Of a stretch of DNA of 46,891 bases, positions 8,932 to 17,035 are shown one piece after another (positions within the stretch are counted from its first letter, which is position 1; each line of letters opens with the position of its first letter). The stretch covers positions 1 through 46,891 of the forward strand of contig NZBZ01000015.1 of assembly GCA_002686365.1 (NCBI GenBank). The letters run 5' to 3'. The position numbers were made by a program, and so were the translations under genes. This DNA is from a bacterium. GTDB lineage: Bacteria; Patescibacteriota; Minisyncoccia; UBA6257; GWB1-50-10. The notes beneath the pieces were generated by a model that did no database searches, had not been told where the DNA came from, and worked only from the letters and a program-made list of their open reading frames with translations.

Positions 8932-11900
8932 GTGTTGAATAACTTGAAACAATTTAATCTGCCGGAAGTGGAGGAGAAGGTTTTAAAGCTTTGGAAGGAA
9001 AAGCAGATATTTCAGAAGAGTTTGGATAAGAATCGCAAGAAATTTGTTTTTTATGAGGGTCCTCCTACAGCAAATGGCAGGCCGGGGATACATCATATTC
9101 TTGTTCGGTCTTTTAAAGATATTATTTGCCGTTATAAGACTATGCAGGGATATTCAGTGCCGCGGCGCGCTGGATGGGATACACATGGTCTTCCTGTTGA
9201 GCTTGAGGTTGAAAAGGAATTGGGTCTGAAATCTAAAAAGGAGATAGATGAGTATGGAATTGCAGAGTTTAATGCAAAATGCAGGGAGTCGGTATGGAAG
9301 TATCGGGATGAGTGGGAGAGGATGACAGAGCGGACTGGATTTTGGCTGGATATGAATAATCCCTATGTGACATACGAGAACTCGTATATTGAGTCAGTGT
9401 GGGGGATTTTGAAACAGATTTCACAGAGAGAGCTTTTGTATAAGGGGCATAGGGTTGTGCCGTGGTGTACAAGGTGTGGGACAGCATTGTCTTCTCATGA
9501 GCTTGCGCAGGGGTATAAGGAAGTTACGGATACTTCGGTGTACGTTAAGTTCAAAGTTTCCGCCAAAGGCGGATCCGCCTCGGGCGGAAAAGGCGAAAAG
9601 TTAAAAGTTGGCGATGTTTCGTTGGATGGAGACGTATATATTCTTTCTTGGACCACGACTCCGTGGACTTTGCCTGGTAATGTAGCGCTCGCAGTTGGGG
9701 AGGATATGGTTTATTCAATAACTGAGAAGGATGGTGAGACTCTTATTGCTGCTGAAGATTCTCCATTGGGTGAGGAGTTGGGCCATGCTGGTAAAAAAAT
9801 AAAGGGCAGAGACTTGATTGGGTTGGAGTATGAGCCGCTTTTTCCAGTAAAGGCTCTGCAGAAAAACAAAAAGTCATACAAGGTTTATTCAGCAGATTTT
9901 GTAAATACGGAGGAGGGGACTGGAGTGGTGCATACTGCTGTTATGTATGGAGAGGATGATTATGAGCTGGGCGCGAAGGAGGGACTGCCTAAGCATCATA
10001 CGGTTGATGAGGCGGGGAAGTTTACAAAAGATGTGCATGAGCTTTTGGGAATGTATGCAAAGAGCAAGAAGACAGAGGAGGAGATTATTAATCATTTAGA
10101 TGTTGAGGGGTATCTTTTGAAGACAGAGGAGTATTTACATGACTATCCACACTGTTGGAGGTGCGGGACTGCGCTTTTGTACTACGCACATGACTCATGG
10201 TTTATAAAAATGAGTAAGCTTCGGGAGGAGCTTATCTCCGCAAATAAGGGGATTAATTGGGTTCCAGAGCATTTGAAGGAGGGGCGGTTTGGTGAGTGGC
10301 TTCGCGAAGTAAAGGATTGGGCAATTTCTCGGAATCGGTATTGGGGTACTCCTTTGCCTATGTGGAAATGTAAGAAGTGTGGGAAAGAGAAAATTTTGGA
10401 GTCTAGGGAGGATATTTCAGGCGTTTTAGGCAGCACAAAGAATGAGTATTATCTTATGCGTCATGGGGAGTCAGAGAGTAATGTTTTGGGCGTTGTAAAT
10501 CATAGGTTGGAAACCAGTGATAAGTATCCTCTTACCTTGAAGGGTAGGGTTGTGGCAGAGAAGTCTGCAAAGAGTTTGAAGCGTAAGAAAATTGATGTAG
10601 TTGTTGCTTCGCCATTTCTTCGTACAAAGGAGACAGCGGAAATTCTTGGAGAGATTCTTAATGTGAAACCAGAGGAGGATTCACGTTTACACGAAAGCGG
10701 TCTTGGAGAGCTTGATGGAAAGTCGACTGGTTCGTGTCATGCTGCAGGTCCTGCGGAGCTTCAGAAGCTTTATGCGAGCAAGCCCGACTTTGAGAGTTTT
10801 CAGAGTATTGCAGAGAGGATGTTTTCTGTTGTTCGGGATTTAGAGGAGAAGTATAAGGGTAAGAAGATAGTTATTGTAAGTCATGGAGATCCGCTTTGGA
10901 TGCTTGAGGGAGTAATGCGCGGGATGAGTCTGGATGAGACTATTCGTTGGGGATATTGGGGCTTTGATATGAGTGATGCTTATATTTCTCCGGGAGAGGT
11001 GCGGAAAGTTCCTCTTCTTTCTCTTCCTCGCGGAAAGGATGGTTTTTGTGATTTGCATAGGCCGTATATTGATGATGTTCTCTTTCCTTGTGAGAAGAGC
11101 GGGTGTAAGGGGGAGATGGGGCGAGTGGAGGAGGTAATTGATGTGTGGTTTGATTCTGGAGCAATGCCGTGGGCTCAAGCACATTTTCCTTTTGCAACAC
11201 AAAAGAAAAATGTGAAATATCGAAATATCGATATATCGAGAAGTTTGTTGTATCCGGCAGATTATATTTGTGAGGCCATTGATCAGACAAGGGGATGGTT
11301 TTATACGCTTTTAGCAATTGGAGTTCTTTTGGGAGATGGGGCACCGTACAAGAATGCACTTTCTTTGGGGCATGTGCTTGATAAAAAGGGACAGAAGATG
11401 TCTAAGTCAAAAGGCAATGTTGTTGATTTGTGGGAAATGACAGATAAGTATGGCGCTGATGTTATTCGCTGGTATTTTTATACTGTAAATCCTGCTGGAG
11501 AGCCCAAGCGGTTTGATGAGGAGGATTTGAAAAAGACTTCTAGGCAGTTTTTCAATCTGTTATATAACTCTTTTGTGTTTTATGAGACGTATGCTGATAA
11601 AAGTTTAGAAGTTAAAAGTGAAAAGTTTCCGCCGAAGGCGGATTCGCCTCGGGCGAAAAAAGTTACAAATGTTTTAGATAAGTGGATTTTAGCAAGACTG
11701 GAAGGGGTGAGGGATTCTGTGACTAAAAATATGGATTCGTATGATATTGGGCGGGGGGCTCGCGCGATTGGGGATTTTGTTGAAGATCTTTCTCGGTGGT
11801 ATATTCGCCGGTCGCGGCGGCGATTTCAGAAACCAGAATCGCAGGAAGATTATGAGGCAGCTTCGCAGACTTTGGGGTATGTACTTTTGGAAATTTCAAA

Positions 11901-12510
11901 GTTACTTGCGCCTTTTACGCCGTTTTTTTCAGATGCTCTATATGCTTCGCTTGGTGGTCATGCAGAGTCTGTCCATTTGGAGGATTGGGCGAAGAAGCAG
12001 AAAAAGTTTGCTAATGATAAGCTGGTCAAGGATATGCAGGAGACAAGAGATCGTGTAGTTTCTGCTCTTGCTAAGCGGGCTGATGCTGGAGTTTCAGTAA
12101 GACAGCCTCTTGCTGCATATAGCACAGCTGTTGCCATTCCTTTTGAGGACATATTTAAAGAGGAGGTAAATGTGGAGGAAATTAAAATAGACTCCTCGCT
12201 TCCCAAGGATTCTTTAAATGATGTTCTTGATACTGAAATTACACATGAGCTTCGGGAGCGAGGTTTGCTTCGAGAGCTTGTTCGTGCTGTGCAGGGTTTG
12301 CGGCGGGATGCGGATCTTCATCCTAATGATGAGATTATTTTGGGCATTGATGGAGACGAGGAGATTTTGAGTATTGCAAAGACTTATGATAATGAGTTGA
12401 AAAAGGATGTGGGGGCTAAGCAGATAGAGTATGTGAGGTTTAAGTATGATGCAGAGCTTGAGACTAAGTTTGATGCTTATTCTGTGAGGATTGGATTGAG
12501 AAAAGTGTGA
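8932..12510 (+). CDS. ileS: Isoleucine--tRNA ligase (type 2) with inserted histidine-phosphatase domain
   Basis: EGPPTANGRPGIHH, GWDTHGLPVE, WTTTPWTLPGN, DWAISRNRYWGTP, DQTRGWFY, KMSKS; RHGESESN insert at about 10441-11010. Confidence 0.97.
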   Translation: MLNNLKQFNLPEVEEKVLKLWKEKQIFQKSLDKNRKKFVFYEGPPTANGRPGIHHILVRSFKDIICRYKTMQGYSVPRRAGWDTHGLPVELEVEKELGLKSKKEIDEYGIAEFNAKCRESVWKYRDEWERMTERTGFWLDMNNPYVTYENSYIESVWGILKQISQRELLYKGHRVVPWCTRCGTALSSHELAQGYKEVTDTSVYVKFKVSAKGGSASGGKGEKLKVGDVSLDGDVYILSWTTTPWTLPGNVALAVGEDMVYSITEKDGETLIAAEDSPLGEELGHAGKKIKGRDLIGLEYEPLFPVKALQKNKKSYKVYSADFVNTEEGTGVVHTAVMYGEDDYELGAKEGLPKHHTVDEAGKFTKDVHELLGMYAKSKKTEEEIINHLDVEGYLLKTEEYLHDYPHCWRCGTALLYYAHDSWFIKMSKLREELISANKGINWVPEHLKEGRFGEWLREVKDWAISRNRYWGTPLPMWKCKKCGKEKILESREDISGVLGSTKNEYYLMRHGESESNVLGVVNHRLETSDKYPLTLKGRVVAEKSAKSLKRKKIDVVVASPFLRTKETAEILGEILNVKPEEDSRLHESGLGELDGKSTGSCHAAGPAELQKLYASKPDFESFQSIAERMFSVVRDLEEKYKGKKIVIVSHGDPLWMLEGVMRGMSLDETIRWGYWGFDMSDAYISPGEVRKVPLLSLPRGKDGFCDLHRPYIDDVLFPCEKSGCKGEMGRVEEVIDVWFDSGAMPWAQAHFPFATQKKNVKYRNIDISRSLLYPADYICEAIDQTRGWFYTLLAIGVLLGDGAPYKNALSLGHVLDKKGQKMSKSKGNVVDLWEMTDKYGADVIRWYFYTVNPAGEPKRFDEEDLKKTSRQFFNLLYNSFVFYETYADKSLEVKSEKFPPKADSPRAKKVTNVLDKWILARLEGVRDSVTKNMDSYDIGRGARAIGDFVEDLSRWYIRRSRRRFQKPESQEDYEAASQTLGYVLLEISKLLAPFTPFFSDALYASLGGHAESVHLEDWAKKQKKFANDKLVKDMQETRDRVVSALAKRADAGVSVRQPLAAYSTAVAIPFEDIFKEEVNVEEIKIDSSLPKDSLNDVLDTEITHELRERGLLRELVRAVQGLRRDADLHPNDEIILGIDGDEEILSIAKTYDNELKKDVGAKQIEYVRFKYDAELETKFDAYSVRIGLRKV
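9557..9590. repeat. REP-like palindrome in frame within ileS (VSAKGGSASGGK)
   Basis: tttccgcc-aa-aggcggatccgcct-cg-ggcggaaa, flanked by AAAGT-containing 7-mers. Confidence 0.9.
11214..11240. repeat. 8-mer tandem repeat in frame within ileS (KYRNIDISR)
   Basis: gaaatatc gaaatatc gatatatc gag. Confidence 0.7.
11599..11664. repeat. 7-mer array plus second copy of the REP-like palindrome within ileS (KSLEVKSEKFPPKADSPRAKKV)
   Basis: aaaagtt tagaagt taaaagt gaaaagt then tttccgccgaaggcggattcgcctcgggcgaaaa (11626-11659). Confidence 0.9.
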
Positions 12511-12523
12511 GAGCTCGAAGAGG

Positions 12524-12702
12524 CAGAGAAGAATTTTTCTCCTCGCTCGCAAGTCTCCGCGCATCAAAATTCTTTGCTCGTTCGTACACGTCAATGTGCC
12601 ACCCAGCTCGCTTTGCTCACGGGTGCCCGGCACATTGTCTACTCACTCGCAGAATTTTCCGATACGCTCTAACACGCTCGCTCGAAAAAGAATTCTTCTC
12701 TG
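12524..12702. repeat. 179-nt rod-like hairpin element (divergent copy A)
   Basis: 12-bp terminal inverted repeat CAGAGAAGAATT/AATTCTTCTCTG; nested stems aaaattct/agaatttt, caatgtgcc/ggcacattg. Confidence 0.85.
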
Positions 12703-12723
12703 GGGACAGTTAGCACTTACCGT

Positions 12724-12775
12724 TGGGAGGTGTAGGAGGTCTGTAGGTAGCTTGCTTTGCAAGCTTTTATTTTTA
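12724..12775 (+). repeat. TGGG..GAGGTCTGnnGGTA-hairpin-T run motif (copy 1)
   Basis: tgggaggtgtaggaggtctgtaggt-agcttgc-ttt-gcaagct-tttattttt. Confidence 0.8.
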
Positions 12776-12846
12776 TACTGGCGCGCTCCAGCACGCTCGC
12801 TCACAAAGATTATTTCTCTTTAGAGGAAAAGTAAGTCAGTCTTGGG

Positions 12847-12899
12847 TGGGGTGTATGAGGTCTGAAGGTATCCCCGCCAAGGCGGGGCTTTTATTTTTT
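12847..12899 (+). repeat. TGGG..GAGGTCTGnnGGTA-hairpin-T run motif (copy 2)
   Basis: tggggtgtatgaggtctgaaggtat-ccccgcc-aa-ggcgggg-cttttatttttt. Confidence 0.8.
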
Positions 12900-12925
12900 G
12901 GGGTTGGCAAGGGAGAGCTTGGAGA

Positions 12926-13309
12926 CTATTTACTTTCGTGGCTTATGTTTCCCTCGAGTATGCCTTTGAGGTTTTTTCGAGTTTCTGCTCTTTCTTCTGC
13001 CTGTTGCTTTAGTTTTTCCATGTCTGGTTTTTCGGATGGAGGTTCTTTTAACTCTTCTGCCTCCATTAAGGCTCTTAAGAGATTTTCTAGTTGATCTGTT
13101 GTTTGCGTGTTTCCAATAATTTCTCGGATTGCTTCGAGCGCTTTCGGGTCTGGGTTTTTGTCTTTGGCTGTGTCGCGGAGAAGACGAGTTGTAACTTCAA
13201 GACATCGAGTTAAGGCTTCTGCCTGGCTTCGTTCTTTTTCAGTGAGGCCTTCAGGTGTCGGAGGTTTTTCCCCGTCTGTTGGTACGGCTTTAAAGGGTTG
13301 CTCTAACAT
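12926..13309 (-). CDS. Hypothetical protein, charged and helical
   Basis: ATG ORF 7 nt downstream of the P-loop gene, same strand, protein-like composition. Confidence 0.7.
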   Translation of the reverse strand: MLEQPFKAVPTDGEKPPTPEGLTEKERSQAEALTRCLEVTTRLLRDTAKDKNPDPKALEAIREIIGNTQTTDQLENLLRALMEAEELKEPPSEKPDMEKLKQQAEERAETRKNLKGILEGNISHESK

Positions 13310-13316
13310 AAGTTTA

Positions 13317-13823
13317 TTATAGCTGATTTTTTGTTTTTATATCTTTAAGAAATTTCCACATTTCTTTTTCAGAGTTGATAATGTGGATTTTTTTCTTGTT
13401 CTTCCATTTTTTTAGACTTTTGAGAATGCCTGGGCGTTTTCTTTTTGGGAAGTTCCAGATATACATGATGAATTCTAAGTCGAGTTTTTCAATACAGCCT
13501 GGAGCAACTTGTGTTTTTTTAATGCGTCGTTTCAACACCCTCCATAAACAGATGAGGCGTGGTACATCCATGAAGATTATTGTGTCAGCTCGTGGGATGC
13601 GGAGGTCGAGGGTTGACTGGTACATGCCATCCAAAATCCACTCATTTTTTTGGATGAGTTTTTGTACTTTGTTTTTCCACTCATCGTCTTTTGGGCGTAC
13701 CCAGTTAGGGTGCCAGTAAAGCTGGTCCAGATTGATGAGTGGTATTCGGAGATGTTTCTTTAATTCTCGGGCAAGAGTGGATTTTCCTGCTCCTGCAGGG
13801 CCAATTATGAGGATGCGTTTCAT
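13317..13823 (-). CDS. P-loop kinase-like protein of the FlaR/topology modulation family
   Basis: IIGPAGAGKSTLA, LDQLYWHPNW, WILDGMY, RADTIIFMD, GCIEKLDLEF. Confidence 0.85.
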   Translation of the reverse strand: MKRILIIGPAGAGKSTLARELKKHLRIPLINLDQLYWHPNWVRPKDDEWKNKVQKLIQKNEWILDGMYQSTLDLRIPRADTIIFMDVPRLICLWRVLKRRIKKTQVAPGCIEKLDLEFIMYIWNFPKRKRPGILKSLKKWKNKKKIHIINSEKEMWKFLKDIKTKNQL

Positions 13824-13850
13824 CCCGTTTAGTATACGGATTTCGCGGAG

Positions 13851-14063
13851 TTACTCCAATTCTTTTGTGATGTGGTGGGTGATGTAAAGGATGATAATCC
13901 CAATGATTGCTGAGGTAATATAGCTTATGAGTTCGTTCGAAGGGAAGAGGTAAAGATCCATAAGTCCCCATATTCCTCTCCAGAATAATATAACTGCTAA
14001 TCCGATTAGTACTGCGTGGAGTACTTGGTGTTTTTTGTCTTTTGGTTGTCGGAATAGGCTCAT
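13851..14063 (-). CDS. Small two-TM membrane protein
   Basis: FWRGIWGLMDLYLFP between two hydrophobic helices; start overlaps trpS stop. Confidence 0.75.
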   Translation of the reverse strand: MSLFRQPKDKKHQVLHAVLIGLAVILFWRGIWGLMDLYLFPSNELISYITSAIIGIIILYITHHITKELE

Positions 14064-15028
14064 AGGAGTCCTACTTTTTGTTTTGCTTCTTCTGTAGTTT
14101 CTTTAGCGATTTTTTGTACTTTTTTATTGCCGGATGTAAATATTTTTACAATTTGTGTTTTGCTTGCTTGTTTTTTTCGAAAGCTGCTTAATTTTTCTAC
14201 AGTGAGTTTTGTAAGGTCAGCTTTGAAGTCAGCATATCCTTTGTTTTTATATTTCTTCACAATAGTTTCAGGAGTTGTTTCATCAAGCTCAGCGAATATT
14301 TGTACTAAGTTGGAGATGCCGGGGCGTTTTTGCGGGTCATAATTAATTGTGGCTTCAGAGTCTGTTACTGCTGATTTTATTTTTTCTGTGATTGTCGTTG
14401 GTGAGTCAGTAAGGAAGAGGCATCCGTTTGGAGATGATTTTGACATTTTCTGCTCTGGGTTTTTTAGAGACATAATGCGGGGAGTGCGTGTGTGGAGTGC
14501 CTTTGGCTCAAAAAAGGTTTTTCCGAACTTCTTGTTGAAGCTTCTTGCTAGTGTTCTTGTAAGTTCCAGGTGCTGGTCTTGGTCATCTCCTACTGGGACT
14601 ACTTTGGCTTTGTACATTAGGATATCTGCGGCCATGAGCGTTGGATAGGTGAAGAGCCCCGCATTCTGTGAAATGCCGCGAGCAGTTTTGTCTTTGTACT
14701 GGGTCATTCGTTCAAGCTCTCCCATTGGGGTTATTGTGTTAAAGATCCAGCCGAGGATTGTGTGTTCTGGAATTTGTGATTGGACAAAGAGGGTTGATTT
14801 TGTGCTTAGGCCTGCGGCAAGGAAGTTTACCATTAGTTCTTCGGTGTTTTTCTTTTGCTCTGCGGGGCTTGGGCGTTCGGTTAAGGAGTGGAGGTCAGCA
14901 ATAAAGAAGAAACAGTTGTACTTCCCCGAGTTTTGCAGTTCAACGAAGTTTTTTAGCGCTCCTAAGTAGTTCCCAATGTGGAGGGTGCCTGATGGCTGTA
15001 TGCCTGATACGAGTACTGGTTTTGGCAT
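14060..15028 (-). CDS. trpS: Tryptophan--tRNA ligase
   Basis: SGIQPSGTLHIGNYLGA, YPTLMAADI, VPVGDDQDQH, KMSKS. Confidence 0.97.
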   Translation of the reverse strand: MPKPVLVSGIQPSGTLHIGNYLGALKNFVELQNSGKYNCFFFIADLHSLTERPSPAEQKKNTEELMVNFLAAGLSTKSTLFVQSQIPEHTILGWIFNTITPMGELERMTQYKDKTARGISQNAGLFTYPTLMAADILMYKAKVVPVGDDQDQHLELTRTLARSFNKKFGKTFFEPKALHTRTPRIMSLKNPEQKMSKSSPNGCLFLTDSPTTITEKIKSAVTDSEATINYDPQKRPGISNLVQIFAELDETTPETIVKKYKNKGYADFKADLTKLTVEKLSSFRKKQASKTQIVKIFTSGNKKVQKIAKETTEEAKQKVGLL

Positions 15029-15029
15029 A

Positions 15030-16796
15030 TTAAACTTCAATAATCACTGGTAAGACCATTGGTCGCCTGTTGGTCTTATTATACAGGAAGCTGCTTATTT
15101 GGTCTTTCATGATGTTTTTTACGTAATCCGCGTCCACATCTTGATAGTGGGGGATTCGGCCAATGATGCCTCGGATTCTTTTCCTGATTTCGTTTAGGAG
15201 TTCTTTGTTCTCCTTGAGATAGATGAATCCTCTCGAGATAATGTCTGGGTTCTTAATTACCTTTCCGGTCTTTCTGTTTATTGAGGCGATTATTACTACC
15301 ATTCCTTCTTGCGCAAGTGTTCGTCTGTCACGCAGTACTACCTCTCCAATATCACCAACGCCGAGCCCGTCTACGAAAACGTAGGACGCAGGGACTCGTT
15401 CTCCTGTTAGTTCGGCTTTGGTTTTTGTGAATTCTACTATATCGCCATTATCTGCCATAACAGTATTTTCTTTTTTTATTCCGGTCTGTATTCCCAGGTC
15501 TCTGTTTGTGGAACGCATGAAGTAGTATCCATGAATAGGAACGAAGAATTTTGGCTTTATTGTTTTTAGTACCTCCTTAATTTCTTCTTGCGGGGCATGG
15601 CCTGAGGAGTGAATGTCCATTGTCTCTGATGTGTGAATAATGGCTTCTTGTCTTGCAAGATTGTCTTTCAGGGTTTGTACGCTTCGTTCATTTCCGGGAA
15701 TAACAGAAGAGGAGAAGATGAAGGTATCTCCGGGCTTTACTCTGATTTGTCTGTGTTCTCCATTTGCGATTTTCATGAGGCTTGCGTCTGGTTCTCCTTG
15801 GGCTCCTGTGCAGAGTATGACGAGCTTGTTGTCGTTATATTTATTTATCTCCTCCAGATTTATCATGGTTCCTCTTTCTATTTTCATGTGTCCGAGGTTT
15901 TGGGCTATCTGGATGTTTGTTTTCATTGAGAGGCCGGAGGTTGCAACTACCTTACCCATTTTTTCCGCTACTTTGACGATTTCGTAGAGGCGGTCTAGGA
16001 GGGAGGAGAAAGTTCCGACAATAATTCTTCCTTCTGCTTTCTTTAGCAGCTCTTCAATGTTTTCTATCACTGTTTCTTCTGGTACTGATATTCCCGGTTT
16101 TATTGCTCCCGTTGAGTCTTGGAGGAAGGCATAGGTGTCTTTTTTCGCAAGAGTCTTGAAGGATTCTAGTGTTTTTGACTTTCCTTTTGAGTCTCGGTCC
16201 AGCTTGTATTCTCCGGGATGGAGTATTCTTCCTGCCGGAGTTTCAAGGACTGTTCCTATTGTGTCAGGTATGTTGTGTTGTACATCAAAGAATTCTGCCT
16301 TGAAGTTTTTCGAGAGTTCTTCTTTGTCCCCGGCTTTTACGATTTTAAAGTTTAGGCGCGGGGCATTTGGAAGCTCTTCTTGACGCCTTTTTATTAGTTC
16401 TTTTGAGAGGCCTGTTGTGTAGATTAGAGGGTTTCCAAGCCGTCCTGTCAGATAAGGAATTCCTCCTATGTGGTCTAAATGGGCGTGTGTGATGATAACG
16501 GCTTTGATATTTTCTTTTTTCTTTTCGAGATAAGAGATATCAGGGATTATGAAATCTATTCCCGGAGTTTCTTCTTCAGGAAATTGGAGTCCCATATCAA
16601 TAATTACGATTTCGTCTTTGTATTCGAAAAACATCATGTTGCGTCCGACTTCTTCAAATCCTCCTAGTGCAGCAAAACGAAGCGCGTTTTTGTTTGCGGG
16701 TTTTCGGGGAGATGATTTTCTTATTGGTTTTCTACGACTTGTTTCTCTTCTTGGTCTTGGTGGTCTTCTTCTTGGTGTATTTTTTCTTTTTTCCAT
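15030..16796 (-). CDS. rnj: Ribonuclease J
   Basis: LGGFEEVGRNM, THAHLDHIGG, TGAQGEP, SSSVIPGNE, HSSGHA, RRPMVLPVI. Confidence 0.96.
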   Translation of the reverse strand: MEKRKNTPRRRPPRPRRETSRRKPIRKSSPRKPANKNALRFAALGGFEEVGRNMMFFEYKDEIVIIDMGLQFPEEETPGIDFIIPDISYLEKKKENIKAVIITHAHLDHIGGIPYLTGRLGNPLIYTTGLSKELIKRRQEELPNAPRLNFKIVKAGDKEELSKNFKAEFFDVQHNIPDTIGTVLETPAGRILHPGEYKLDRDSKGKSKTLESFKTLAKKDTYAFLQDSTGAIKPGISVPEETVIENIEELLKKAEGRIIVGTFSSLLDRLYEIVKVAEKMGKVVATSGLSMKTNIQIAQNLGHMKIERGTMINLEEINKYNDNKLVILCTGAQGEPDASLMKIANGEHRQIRVKPGDTFIFSSSVIPGNERSVQTLKDNLARQEAIIHTSETMDIHSSGHAPQEEIKEVLKTIKPKFFVPIHGYYFMRSTNRDLGIQTGIKKENTVMADNGDIVEFTKTKAELTGERVPASYVFVDGLGVGDIGEVVLRDRRTLAQEGMVVIIASINRKTGKVIKNPDIISRGFIYLKENKELLNEIRKRIRGIIGRIPHYQDVDADYVKNIMKDQISSFLYNKTNRRPMVLPVIIEV

Positions 16797-16825
16797 ATTT
16801 TTGTTAATTATTTCGACTTTTTTAT

Positions 16826-16886
16826 TCCCACACATAATCTCAATAATTTTATATTAAAGCTTGTTCAATTGAGATTATGTGTGGGA
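16826..16886. repeat. Inverted-repeat element TCCCACACATAATCTCAAT...ATTGAGATTATGTGTGGGA (copy 2)
   Basis: Perfect 19-bp stem with 23-nt loop; region flanked by direct repeat ttatttcgactttt at 16808-16821 and 16921-16934. Confidence 0.85.
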
Positions 16887-16945
16887 TGAATTCCCGCTAG
16901 GGGCGGGCATTTTATTTTAGTTATTTCGACTTTTAATTTTTTGGG

Positions 16946-17029
16946 TGCCCTCGAGAGGACTCGAACCTCTATGAGATTACTCTCACAGCGTCCTGAACGC
17001 TGCGCGTCTACCAGTTTCGCCACGAGGGC
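16946..17029 (-). tRNA. tRNA-Leu(CAG)
   Basis: GCCCUCG acceptor stem, anticodon arm CAGCG-UUCAGGA-CGCUG, long variable arm, GGUUCGAGUCC; CCA not encoded. Confidence 0.96.
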
Positions 17030-17035
17030 AGTGGC

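Noticed and set aside
12214-13094. ORFs 12214-12633, 12507-12713, 12596-12823 and 12846-13094
   Set aside because: They overlap ileS, the hairpin elements or the 12926-13309 gene and have no protein motifs.
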